Positions 30,994 to 39,822 of a stretch of DNA of 64,000 nt are shown one piece after another. Location: contig NZ_JADJNN010000012.1 of assembly GCF_016714285.1 (NCBI RefSeq), forward strand, positions 90,040 through 154,039. Reading direction: 5' to 3'. Below the pieces are notes generated by a model, which saw nothing but the letters and a program-made list of their open reading frames with translations, did not search any database and was not told the DNA's origin. Numbering within the stretch: position 1 is the first letter of the stretch; every line of letters begins with the position of its first letter. The position numbers were made by a program, and so were the translations under genes. This DNA is from Nannocystis sp. (GTDB taxonomy: Bacteria; Myxococcota_A; Polyangia; Nannocystales; Nannocystaceae).

Positions 30994-33065
30994 TTGCCGT
31001 CCTCCGACTTCGGCTTGCCGGGCTTGCTGGACTTGCCGGACTTGCGGCCGGGCTTGCGGGTCCAGCCCTGCTTGCCGGGCAGCTTGGTGCGGCTCGCGGT
31101 GGAGGGGCCGGCGGGGCTCGTCGCGGTGTCGGGGTCGCTGATGGTGTCGTCGCGCATGATGCCGGGGCCGGGCTCGGGGTCGATGTCGATGCGGTCGTCG
31201 ACGTCGTCGGCCTCGGGCGTGGGCTCGGGCGCGGGGGTCGGCTGGTCGTGGCCCTGGCGCGGCGGGGGCGGCTCTAGGGTGCCGCGCTCGTGGCCGCGGG
31301 CGACGTAGACGACGAGCAGGGTGCCGGGCGCGGGGACGTGGTCGCGGGGGAAGTTGTTGATGCGGCCGAGGTCGCCGTCGCTGAGGTCGAACTTCTTGCC
31401 GATCTTCTGCAGGTCGTCGCCCTTGCGGACGCGGTAGCCGCGGCGCACGAGGCCGCGGTCGCGCAGGCCGGCCTCGATGTGCTCGCGTGAGCCGCGGACG
31501 ATGAGCTCGACCTGGCTCTGCTCGAGGAGGTCGACGCGGGCCGCGTCGGCGCTGAAGCTGCGGGGCACGACGATCTGCAGGACCTGGCCGGGCTGCAGGC
31601 GGGCCTGGGGGTCGAGGTCGTTCCAGGCGACGACGCTGTCCCAGGCGACGCCGAAGGCCTCGGCCAGGCCGCGCGGGGTGGTGGCGCGGGTGACCTCGAA
31701 GAACACGAGGCGCTGCGAGGGGAGGGTGCGCAGCGGCGGCACGGCGGCGCGTGGGCGGGGTATGGGGGTGGTGTCGGGCTTGCCGCGGGCTGGCACGAGC
31801 AGGACCGTGTCGCGCTCGAGCTCGGCGCTGTCGTCGAGCTCGTTGAGGCGGCGCAGGGCGGCCTCGCTGGTGCCGTGGCGTCTGGCGATCTCGGCGACGG
31901 TCTCGCCGTAGCGGACGATGTGTTGCTGGGCGTCGGCCTCACCGCCGAGGCGGGCGGCGCCGCGTTCGAAGGCCGCGAGCCCGGCGCGAGGGATCCGCAG
32001 CGGGGTGCGGCGACCGGGCGGGGTCCGCTTGCGCACGAGGTCGGCGTTGAGCTCCTCGAGCAGGGCCGGGTCCTCGCCGATCAGCTTGGCGACGCTGGCC
32101 AGCGAGGTCGCGGGCGGGGCCTCGACGGTGACCAGCTGGATCGGGGGCAGGCTGCCCGAAAGGTCAGGTCCGACGTGGAAGGCGGCGCGGTTGCGGCCGA
32201 CGATCGCGGCGGCGATGATCTTCGGGACGTACATGGTGGTGGCGTGCGGCAGGCCGCTCTCCATCTCGCACAGGGCCCAGAAGTTGTTGGTGTTGCTGCG
32301 CGAGACGCTGGTCATCACCAGGCCGTAGCCGGCGTTGAAGGCGGCGAGCGCCATCTCCCACGAGCCGAAGCGGACGCGCAGGTCCTTGAGGTAGGAGGCG
32401 GCGGCGTAGGTGGCTCGCTCGAGGTCGTGGCGCTCGTCGATCCAGTAGTCGCGCTGGAGGCCGTAGACGCGGCCGGTGCCCTCCATGAACTGCCACATGC
32501 CGGCGGCGCCGACCCGCGAGCGGACCTTCGGGTTGAAGCCGCTCTCGGCCATGGCGACGAACACGAGGTCCTCGGGCACGCCGACCTCGCGGAGGATCGG
32601 GCGGAGGATCGCCTCGTAGCGGCCCATGCGGCGGATCCATCCCTTGATCAGGGCTTGCCCGCGGGGGTCGTCGCGGAAGTACTTGAGGTAGGCGACGGTC
32701 TGCGAGTTCCAGCGCACCGGGAGGTCGGGCAGCTGCAGCGCGGCCATCCACGGCTCGGGCGCAGCGGCGATGATCGTGGGACGGACACTGGCGGGGAAGT
32801 GCTCGCGCTCGAAGCTCGCCAGGTCCGCGCGGGCGGCGACGTCGGGGTCGTGCGCTCGCGGCACGTGTGTCTCGTGGATCGTGGCGCCGTCGGGGCGACC
32901 ACCGCGGACCGTGTCGCGACCGCTGCTCGAGACCTGCAGCGGACCGACCCGCTCGAGTGTCTCGGGGGCTGGCTCGCTGGCGTCGAGGGAGCCCGGCGCC
33001 AGCAGTGCCAGCGCCCCGAGGACCAGGGCGAGGCGTTCGCGGCGTTGGCGCAAGCGAGCGAGCAT
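30990..33065 (-). CDS. membrane-bound lytic murein transglycosylase (MltD-like; SLT domain plus LysM repeats)
   Basis: A signal peptide is followed by the SLT catalytic region (AMAESGFNP...AAGMWQFM) and C-terminal LysM-like repeats, then a Lys/Gly-rich tail. Confidence 0.85.
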   Translation of the reverse strand: MLARLRQRRERLALVLGALALLAPGSLDASEPAPETLERVGPLQVSSSGRDTVRGGRPDGATIHETHVPRAHDPDVAARADLASFEREHFPASVRPTIIAAAPEPWMAALQLPDLPVRWNSQTVAYLKYFRDDPRGQALIKGWIRRMGRYEAILRPILREVGVPEDLVFVAMAESGFNPKVRSRVGAAGMWQFMEGTGRVYGLQRDYWIDERHDLERATYAAASYLKDLRVRFGSWEMALAAFNAGYGLVMTSVSRSNTNNFWALCEMESGLPHATTMYVPKIIAAAIVGRNRAAFHVGPDLSGSLPPIQLVTVEAPPATSLASVAKLIGEDPALLEELNADLVRKRTPPGRRTPLRIPRAGLAAFERGAARLGGEADAQQHIVRYGETVAEIARRHGTSEAALRRLNELDDSAELERDTVLLVPARGKPDTTPIPRPRAAVPPLRTLPSQRLVFFEVTRATTPRGLAEAFGVAWDSVVAWNDLDPQARLQPGQVLQIVVPRSFSADAARVDLLEQSQVELIVRGSREHIEAGLRDRGLVRRGYRVRKGDDLQKIGKKFDLSDGDLGRINNFPRDHVPAPGTLLVVYVARGHERGTLEPPPPRQGHDQPTPAPEPTPEADDVDDRIDIDPEPGPGIMRDDTISDPDTATSPAGPSTASRTKLPGKQGWTRKPGRKSGKSSKPGKPKSEDGK

Positions 33066-33111
33066 CGCGGCGACGCTAGCAAAGCGGGGCCCGAAGGACT
33101 ACCTTTCAGCC

Positions 33112-33348
33112 ATGCTCGGCGCCATGCTCGGCGGTCTTGAGATCGCCATCATCATCCTCGTCATCCTGCTGATCTTCGGGCCCTCCAAGCTGCCGCAGCT
33201 CGGTGAGGGCATCGGCAAGATGCTGCGGGGTTTTCGCCGGGAGATCAAACAGATCGACGTCGACAAGCGCGAGGAGGATGCGCGTCGCGGTGAGATCGAC
33301 GTGACGCCGAAGGGCGACGAGAAGCCGAAGTACCAGGGCCCGGGCTAG
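33112..33348 (+). CDS. tatA: twin-arginine translocase subunit TatA/E
   Basis: MLGAMLGGLEIAIIILVILLIFGPSKLPQLGEGIGKMLRGFRREI is the canonical TatA TM-hinge-amphipathic helix. 78 aa. Confidence 0.8.
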   Translation: MLGAMLGGLEIAIIILVILLIFGPSKLPQLGEGIGKMLRGFRREIKQIDVDKREEDARRGEIDVTPKGDEKPKYQGPG

Positions 33349-33394
33349 GGTGCGCCAGGCGGGCGCCAGGTGGCGCGCGCAAGTTTGTGGGAAA

Positions 33395-34480
33395 TCAAGA
33401 AGCCCGCCGGTGTCCGAGGACGCGGCGGGCTTCGTGTTTGTCGTGCTTGTCAGGGGTCGCCAGGGTCGCAGCCCGGTTGCCGAGGACGCGGGGGGGGGGC
33501 CGGGGGGGGGGGGGGGCGACGACGGCGGCGACCAGCAGCGTGACGATGATGACGTAGATGACGCTCGGGCTGCCGGGCTCGGGCGGTTTGACGGCGGGCT
33601 TGGTCTCGGCGGGCTTGGTCTCGGCGGGCTTGGTCTCGGCGGGTTTGGTCTCGACCTTGGCGGGGTGCGGGCCCGACTGGGCTGCGATGTCCTCGGGCGG
33701 CGGGGTCGGCTGCTCGCTCGGGGGCGGGCCGCTGCTGACGACGCTGGCCACCGGGGGCGTGTGCGGCGGCTTGCGATCGTTGGGCTGAGACGGCTCGGCG
33801 CTGCGGGGCTCGACCTTCGCCGGGTCGCCGGGCTCGACAACATCGACGCCCTTGCCGGCGCGCATCGACGGGCCGGCGGTGGTGGCAGCGACGGGGGTCG
33901 GGGTCGCGGCGACAGGGCTCGCGTCCATGCTGACGGGCTTCTTGGAGGGCACCTGCAGCATGGTCTTGCTGCCCGCGCTGCGGACGCTGGTGGCCGCGGC
34001 GGGGGTGCTGGCGGGAGTGCCACCGAAGTGCTGGCAACCGGGGCAGGGGTGCTGACGGGGCGCTGCAGCCGGCGCACCGGGGCCAGGCAGCGACCGGCGT
34101 TGCGGGCGCACCGGGGTGGCGGCGGCGACGGGCGTGGCAGCGGGCGTATGCGCCGGCGTGTGCGCGGGCGTCTGGGCGGGAGCTCGGGTGCCGCCGACTG
34201 CACTCTGAGCAGAGCTTTGAACCGTCACGGCGGTGACGCCAGCCCGCGGCTGAGCGTCGGGCTTGCTGGTCACGTGGTCGTAGACGCTGGCGTAGGCTTC
34301 GACGGACTCGAAGCCCTGGGCGAACTGGTGGCCGGCCTCGCGGAGGGACGGCTCGTTCGCGGCCTCGAAGTCGAGGATGATGCGGTACTCGCAGTGCGGG
34401 CACGCGGTCTGGACCAGCGGCGCGATCTGCTCGGCGGGGATGCGATACGGACCGGAACAGGACGGGCAGACGATGAACAT
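33395..34480 (-). CDS. MJ0042-type zinc-ribbon domain protein with Pro/Thr/Ala-rich region, (KPAET)n repeats and C-terminal TM anchor; 3' end uncertain because of poly-C tracts
   Basis: Starts MFIVCPSCSGPYRIPAEQIAPLVQTACPHCEYRI, a myxobacterial zinc ribbon. A TM helix (VIYVIIVTLLVAAVVA) is followed by a C10+C15 homopolymer (PPPP...). The annotated frame reads through the terminator hairpin, whereas another frame stops at ~33460. Confidence 0.6.
   Translation of the reverse strand: MFIVCPSCSGPYRIPAEQIAPLVQTACPHCEYRIILDFEAANEPSLREAGHQFAQGFESVEAYASVYDHVTSKPDAQPRAGVTAVTVQSSAQSAVGGTRAPAQTPAHTPAHTPAATPVAAATPVRPQRRSLPGPGAPAAAPRQHPCPGCQHFGGTPASTPAAATSVRSAGSKTMLQVPSKKPVSMDASPVAATPTPVAATTAGPSMRAGKGVDVVEPGDPAKVEPRSAEPSQPNDRKPPHTPPVASVVSSGPPPSEQPTPPPEDIAAQSGPHPAKVETKPAETKPAETKPAETKPAVKPPEPGSPSVIYVIIVTLLVAAVVAPPPPRPPPRVLGNRAATLATPDKHDKHEARRVLGHRRAS
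33399..33445. terminator. bidirectional rho-independent terminator between convergent tatA and the zinc-ribbon gene
   Basis: A perfect 9-bp inverted repeat AGCCCGCCG/CGGCGGGCT flanks a 13-nt loop and is followed by a T-rich tract (GTGTTTGTCGTGCTTG). Confidence 0.5.
33489..33515. repeat. G10-CC-G15 homopolymeric tract
   Basis: Read directly from the sequence. It lies at the 3' end of the zinc-ribbon gene. Confidence 0.9.
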
Positions 34481-35374
34481 TTAGAAGTCCAGACCGAGAG
34501 AGAGGGTGTACTGCTGCTGCAGGCCCGAGTTGTCGGCGACGCTCATTCCGTTCAGCTTGCCGTTGCGGTTGCCACCCGGGACGATCATCGCCTCGGCGGT
34601 GATGCGGATGACGCTGAAGATGAAGCGCAGGCCGAGGAAGGGGCGGTGGCGCAGGATTGCCCCGGCGTCCTTGAACACGAACTCACTGAGCTTGCCGGAG
34701 GGGTTCAGGTACTCGTCGGTGGTCGGGGTCACGTCGAGCACGCCGGAGCGGGCGATGATGAAGAGCGCCTGGTAGCCGAGGTAAGGCGTGACGTTGACGG
34801 TCTTGCCGAGGCCGAAGACGTGCGAGATGGACACGTCGGCGGAGCCGGTGGTCATGTTCATGTCCTCGGCGCCGACCAGGCGGGAGAACATGCCGCGCAG
34901 GGCGATCGACGGGATCGGGAGGTGGTGGAAGCCCTCGTGCAGCGCGACCTTGCCGTAGCCGCTGATCGTCCACATGCGGCTGTTGAAGAGGTGGGTCGCG
35001 CCGGCGCCGATCTCGATGCCGGGCCACAGGCCCTTGCGGCCCATCACCTGCAGCGTGGGCGCCACGCTGTTCGGGGTGCCGCGCGTGACGCCGTTGCCCC
35101 AATTGCCGGGCTTGATGGTGTTGACGCTGAGGTCGGCCGAGAACGCGAAGCCCGAGAGGCCGAGCGAGTCCGCGGGATCGACGGGCTTCGGCGCCATCAA
35201 CACGCCGAGCTCGGATGCGAGGCTGCGGAACGCGTCGTTGTTGCCCGTCGCTGCGCCACCGCTGTCCACGTTCCCCAGCTGGTTGAGCCGGAGGTCGTAG
35301 GCGCCTGCCCATGCCTCCGACGAGTGGAGACCGAGAGCTGCTAGGGCAAACGAGAAGAGGAACCGTCTAGGCAT
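34481..35374 (-). CDS. outer-membrane beta-barrel protein (hypothetical)
   Basis: Signal peptide MPRRFLFSFALAALGLHSSEAWA, alternating amphipathic strands, and a C-terminal ...LSLGLDF (terminal Phe beta-barrel signature). A GGAG motif lies upstream of the ATG. Confidence 0.6.
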   Translation of the reverse strand: MPRRFLFSFALAALGLHSSEAWAGAYDLRLNQLGNVDSGGAATGNNDAFRSLASELGVLMAPKPVDPADSLGLSGFAFSADLSVNTIKPGNWGNGVTRGTPNSVAPTLQVMGRKGLWPGIEIGAGATHLFNSRMWTISGYGKVALHEGFHHLPIPSIALRGMFSRLVGAEDMNMTTGSADVSISHVFGLGKTVNVTPYLGYQALFIIARSGVLDVTPTTDEYLNPSGKLSEFVFKDAGAILRHRPFLGLRFIFSVIRITAEAMIVPGGNRNGKLNGMSVADNSGLQQQYTLSLGLDF

Positions 35375-35589
35375 GCAGAGCTCCGAGAATCAGCGGTCGG
35401 CGCAGCGTAGCTTGCGCCAGCGAGGCGTGTCAAGGTTCGCGCTTGGGCCCTCTGGGCCGGCGATAACGCCCGATCTGAGGGATCTGCCGCGATCCAGAGG
35501 AGCCGTCGCGGCGGGGGTTTTGGGGTGAGATCCGAGGTGTTCGAAAGCCCCGTGAACGATCGTGAGGCGAGGTGGTGAGGCTGCCAAAG

Positions 35590-35675
35590 GAGGGCCAACA
35601 AGGGGAGGCCAACAGGGGCCAAGAGGAGGCCAACAAGGGGGGCCAACAAGGGGGCCAACAGGGGGCCAACGCGGG
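35590..35675. repeat. tandem array of ~7 units of GGCCAAC(A/-)(A/G)GGGG(A) in a 430-bp intergenic region
   Basis: Read directly from the sequence. It lies between the OMP start (35374) and the first LolC/E-like permease. Confidence 0.8.
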
Positions 35676-35801
35676 AATGGTGACGCGAGTGACAAGCGCA
35701 GGGGAGGCTGTTAGCTTCGCGGCCCGTTCGCGCCCGCCGCGACGATACCAAGATTTCTTGGGCTTTCGTGGCCCGGCGAGTGGCTCAAACCGGTTTCACC
35801 C

Positions 35802-37712
35802 TTGGCTTCACCCTCGGAGCAGCAGCGCCAGAAGCACGTCAGGGGGCCCTCCTTCACGGGCCCGGGCGGGGCGCGTCCGCGAGCCGTTCAGGTGCTGCTG
35901 TTGCTGCTGTTCGTGATCTCGTGGGCGGCGCCGCTGGGGCTGGTGGCGTTGCTGGGGCTGTTGCCGCCGGATCTGCCGCGGTGGCTCGCCGGGGCGCTGA
36001 CCACGGCGGGCGTCGTCGGGGCCGGGGCGCTGGCGGTGCTGCTGCTGCGCTGGTTGCTGTCGGGGGCGCTTGGGTACGAGAGCGCGATCGGGCTGCGGAT
36101 CATCCGGGCCGAGCGGGTGCCCCGTGGGGCCCGCGTGGCCTTCGTTTGGTGCGTGCTGATCGCGGTCGGCGGGCTCCTGGCGCTGAGCCTCGGGGTCACG
36201 CATCTGGGCCTGGTGATCGCGGTGGCGGCGGCGAGCTTCCTCGGCCTGCTGCTGCTGCTGGTCCAGTATTCGTCGATCTTCGGGACCACCAGCATCGTCG
36301 GGGTGGTGCTCGGGGTGGCGGCGCTGATCGTGGTCCAGTCGGTGGCCACGGGCTTCCAGCACGAGTTCGAGCGGCGGGTGCTCGGGGTCTACGCGCACAT
36401 CAACGTCACGCGCAGCACCGGGATGACCGAGTATCGCCGCTTCGAGGCGTGGCTGCGGACCCAGCCGGGGGTCACCGGGGCGAGCCCCTTCGTGTACTAC
36501 GCGATGATGCTGGCGCCCTTCGACCCGGAGGGCGGGCGCACCGACGACCTGCGCCTGGCGAGCGTGCTGGTGAAGGGGATCGAGCCGGAGACGGCGGCGC
36601 AGGTGATCGACCTGCCGCAGCACCTCGAACGCGGCAGCGGGCGAGCGATCCCCCTGGAGGTGCTGCGCAGCGACTTCGAGCTGATGCCCGTGCCCGATCG
36701 CGAGGCGGACGAGCTGCCGCTGAGCGTTGCGGCGACGCCGGACCCGCGCGGGGCGGGCTGGTACGAGCGGGCCATGGAGCACTACGCGGCGGCGCCGGCG
36801 GTGCGCAAGCGGATCCCGGGGGAGATCCGCAGCGATCTGCTGGACGACGACGAGTGGCCGGAGGACGTGGTCAGCGGCTCCGGGAGCGGGGGCGACGACG
36901 CCCGCTTCGACGCCAGCGCCCTGCCGACGATCTTCGTCGGGGCGACGCTGGCCAAGGAGCTCGGGCTGAAGGAGGAGTCGCTGGTGATGGTGGTCGACCC
37001 GGGCTCGAGCTTCGACAGCAGCAGCGAGCCCGAATTCCAGTACTACCGGGTCGTGGGCGTGTTCCAGGCCGGGTTCCAGGAGTACGACAGCCGGCTGGTG
37101 TACGTGCACATCCGGGAGCTGCAGCGCTTCAAGTATCGCGGCCGCGATCAGGTGTCGGGGATCGACCTGCGCCTGATCGACCCGAACCTGGCGCCGGCGG
37201 TCGGCGGGGCGATCCGGGCGGCGCTGCCGGGCCGCGAGTACTCGGTGCTCGAGTGGCAGAACCTGAACGAGAACCTGTTCAAGTCGATCCGCTTCCAGAA
37301 GAACATCATCACGATCATCCTCAGCCTGGTGATCACGGTGGCGACCTTCAACGTGCTGTCGGCGCTGTGGACGATGGTGGTGCGGCGATCGGCGGAGGTG
37401 GCGATCCTGATGTCGATGGGGGCCACCGGCGGGCAGGTGGCGCGCATCTTCCAGGTGACCGGGATGGCGATCGGGCTGTCGGGCTCGCTCGCGGGGGTGG
37501 GCTTCGGGCTGGTGCTGTGCTGGCTGGTCCAGCTCTACGGCTACACCCTCGACCCGGAGGTCTATTTTATCGAGTCGCTGCCGGTCGAGATCAGCGTGAC
37601 GCAGATCGGCTGGATCCTCGGCATGACCCTGGCGATCTGCTTCGTCGCCACGCTCCCGCCCTCGCTGCGCGCGGCCAAGCTGCGGCCGGTCGAGGGGCTG
37701 CGCTACGAGTAG
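35802..37712 (+). CDS. ABC transporter permease, LolC/LolE (FtsX/MacB-PCD) family, with N-terminal extension; true start may be internal
   Basis: SIFGTTSIVGVVLGVAALIVVQSVATGFQHEFERRVL matches LolC TM1-GFE. A large periplasmic domain and the C-terminal FtsX TMs follow. An extra LolC-N-terminus-like hydrophobic segment (IGLRIIRAERVPRGARVAFVW...) precedes it. Confidence 0.7.
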   Translation: MASPSEQQRQKHVRGPSFTGPGGARPRAVQVLLLLLFVISWAAPLGLVALLGLLPPDLPRWLAGALTTAGVVGAGALAVLLLRWLLSGALGYESAIGLRIIRAERVPRGARVAFVWCVLIAVGGLLALSLGVTHLGLVIAVAAASFLGLLLLLVQYSSIFGTTSIVGVVLGVAALIVVQSVATGFQHEFERRVLGVYAHINVTRSTGMTEYRRFEAWLRTQPGVTGASPFVYYAMMLAPFDPEGGRTDDLRLASVLVKGIEPETAAQVIDLPQHLERGSGRAIPLEVLRSDFELMPVPDREADELPLSVAATPDPRGAGWYERAMEHYAAAPAVRKRIPGEIRSDLLDDDEWPEDVVSGSGSGGDDARFDASALPTIFVGATLAKELGLKEESLVMVVDPGSSFDSSSEPEFQYYRVVGVFQAGFQEYDSRLVYVHIRELQRFKYRGRDQVSGIDLRLIDPNLAPAVGGAIRAALPGREYSVLEWQNLNENLFKSIRFQKNIITIILSLVITVATFNVLSALWTMVVRRSAEVAILMSMGATGGQVARIFQVTGMAIGLSGSLAGVGFGLVLCWLVQLYGYTLDPEVYFIESLPVEISVTQIGWILGMTLAICFVATLPPSLRAAKLRPVEGLRYE

Positions 37713-37716
37713 AGCT

Positions 37717-39186
37717 GTGACGAAGGGGTCCGTGGCGCGGGGCGGCCTGGTGTGGATGGTGGCGCGGCGCCTGCTGCTGCGCGATGCGCAGGGCGGGTCG
37801 CGGGTGTGGTGGATCGCGCTGCTGGCGACGATCGCGATCGGCGGCGGACTGGTGCTGCTCGGGGTGCGCTCGGTGGCGCCGCCGCTGGCGGTGGCGATCG
37901 CGGCGCTCGGTCTGCTCGGCGGGGCGTGTGTGCGCGCGCTGACCCCCGCGGTGGCGGTGGCGGTGTTCGGCATGAGCCTCGGGGTGGCGGCGCTGGTGAC
38001 GGTGCTCGGTGTGACCTCGGGCTTTGAGTACGAGCTGACGGCCCGGCTGGCGCGCATCAACGGGCACGTGCTGATCAGCGAGTACGGCCAGGACTTCGAC
38101 GAGTACCCGGAGATGGTCGCCCGCTGGCGCGCCGACCCGCGGGTCACGGCGGCCTCGCCGTTCGCGTTCGCGACGGCCGCGGTGGTGCCGGCGACGGAGG
38201 AGGCCGAGGCGGAGGATGGAGCTGTCCCTGAGGACAGGCCCGAGGACAGGCCCGAGGACAGGCCAGTCCGGCCGCCGGCGATCGCGTTCGTGAAGGGGCT
38301 CGACCCGGCGCGGGCCTTCGAGCTGCCGGGCGTGGTGGCGATGCTGCACGGCGGCGATCTGACGGTGCTGCGCCCGGGCGACTGGCAGACGCCGCCGGGG
38401 GTCGCGCTCGGGCGCCGGCTGGCGACGCGGCTGGGGGTGAAGGTCGGCGACTTCGTGCGCCTGGTGATCCCGGCCGAGCTCGAGGGGGCGTCGGGCTCGC
38501 TGCAGCGGCCGCCTCGCTTCGCCCGCTTCGCGGTGCTCGACCTGCTCGACACGGGGGTCAGCGAGTTCGACACCTCGTTGGCGCTGATCCACCTCAGCGC
38601 CGGGCAGGCGCTGTTCTTCGGCGAGGGCCGGGTGACCGGGGTGGAGTTCGCGCTGCGGGATCCGGAGGACGCCGATGCGTTCGCGGCGGAGGTCATCGCC
38701 GCGGCGGGTCCGAACTTTCGCGCGACGACGTGGCGGCAGCAGAGCGAGGGGACGATCGCGGGGCTGCGACAGATCCGCGTCGCGGTGGCGCTGGTGCTCG
38801 CGCTGCTCGAGGTGGTCGCGGCGACGGCGTTGATCGCTAGCCTGCTGTTGCTGGTGCGGCGCAAGACGGCCGAGATCGCGGCGCTGATGGCCCTCGGGGC
38901 CGACGGTCGCCGGGTGTTCTGGATCTTCGAGGCGGTCGGGCTGCTGGCCGGGGCCGTGGGGGCTCTGGTGGGCGTGCTGCTCGGGCTGCTGCTGAGCGGA
39001 TTGCTGGCGGTGTACCGCTACCCGCTGAGCGGCGACGTGTACCCGGTCGAGCACCTGCCGGTGCGGTTGATGGCGCTGGACGTGCTGCTGCCGGGTTTGG
39101 CGGCGGTGCTGCTGTGCGGGCTGGTGAGCGGTCCGGTGGCGCTCATCGCCGCGAAGCAGCCGCTGCTGCCGGGCCTGCGGCGCTGA
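37717..39186 (+). CDS. ABC transporter permease, LolC/LolE (FtsX) family (second copy)
   Basis: GMSLGVAALVTVLGVTSGFEYEL, a periplasmic domain containing a (PEDR)3 repeat, and C-terminal FtsX TMs. It has a GTG start 4 nt after the upstream stop. Confidence 0.7.
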   Translation: MTKGSVARGGLVWMVARRLLLRDAQGGSRVWWIALLATIAIGGGLVLLGVRSVAPPLAVAIAALGLLGGACVRALTPAVAVAVFGMSLGVAALVTVLGVTSGFEYELTARLARINGHVLISEYGQDFDEYPEMVARWRADPRVTAASPFAFATAAVVPATEEAEAEDGAVPEDRPEDRPEDRPVRPPAIAFVKGLDPARAFELPGVVAMLHGGDLTVLRPGDWQTPPGVALGRRLATRLGVKVGDFVRLVIPAELEGASGSLQRPPRFARFAVLDLLDTGVSEFDTSLALIHLSAGQALFFGEGRVTGVEFALRDPEDADAFAAEVIAAAGPNFRATTWRQQSEGTIAGLRQIRVAVALVLALLEVVAATALIASLLLLVRRKTAEIAALMALGADGRRVFWIFEAVGLLAGAVGALVGVLLGLLLSGLLAVYRYPLSGDVYPVEHLPVRLMALDVLLPGLAAVLLCGLVSGPVALIAAKQPLLPGLRR

Positions 39187-39341
39187 CGATCGGCCCGGCG
39201 AGCGCGGCGATCGATGGCGCGGTCGAGGCGCTCGCCGAGGTCGCGCGGCTGTCTGGACGCTGCGGCTGCGATCGCGCGGCGAGGGCTCGCTTGACCCCGC
39301 GGTGTGGCGACGCCTACCGTGGGGCACTGGAGGTCTTGATC

Positions 39342-39800
39342 ATGCAACGCTCGCTCGTCCTTGCTGCTCCTGCGCTCGCCCTCGCCGGTGTCGCGCTGAT
39401 GTCCACACCGGCGCAGGCCGGGAAGGGGATCGTGCTGATCACCTCGGGAGATTCGGTGGCGCATTACGCCGACCTGACGGGCGAGATGAAGAAGATGGCC
39501 GACGAGGCGACCGGGCATGACGTCCAGCTCGGCTACAAGTACAGCCAGTTCGGGCTGTTCTGGCTCGAGCTGTGGACCTGGGACGGCGAGTACGTGCTGT
39601 TCCACGACGACACGGTGTGGGAGCTGACGCCGGATCAGGCGGCCGAGATGTTGGCGGTGAAGGTGGAGGATCTGGGGACGCCGTGGCGCTTCAAGCTGCC
39701 GTTCGGGCTGATGATCTTGATCGGGCTCGGGGCCGCGGCTCTGGTGTGGTCGCGGATGAAGGGCAAGGACGAGGGCCCCGCGGCGCCGACTGCCGGGTGA
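39342..39800 (+). CDS. hypothetical secreted protein with C-terminal TM anchor
   Basis: Signal peptide MQRSLVLAAPALALAGVALMSTPAQA and a C-terminal TM segment (FGLMILIGLGAAALVW). GGAGG lies 8 nt upstream of the ATG. Confidence 0.5.
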   Translation: MQRSLVLAAPALALAGVALMSTPAQAGKGIVLITSGDSVAHYADLTGEMKKMADEATGHDVQLGYKYSQFGLFWLELWTWDGEYVLFHDDTVWELTPDQAAEMLAVKVEDLGTPWRFKLPFGLMILIGLGAAALVWSRMKGKDEGPAAPTAG

Positions 39801-39822
39801 GCAGGCGGGTGAGGAGGCGCGA

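Noticed and set aside
35590-35675. CRISPR array (also considered for the 59071..59229 and 63571..63630 repeats)
   Set aside because: The repeats are directly tandem with no unique spacers, the units are 12-13 bp or 78 bp, and no cas genes are nearby.
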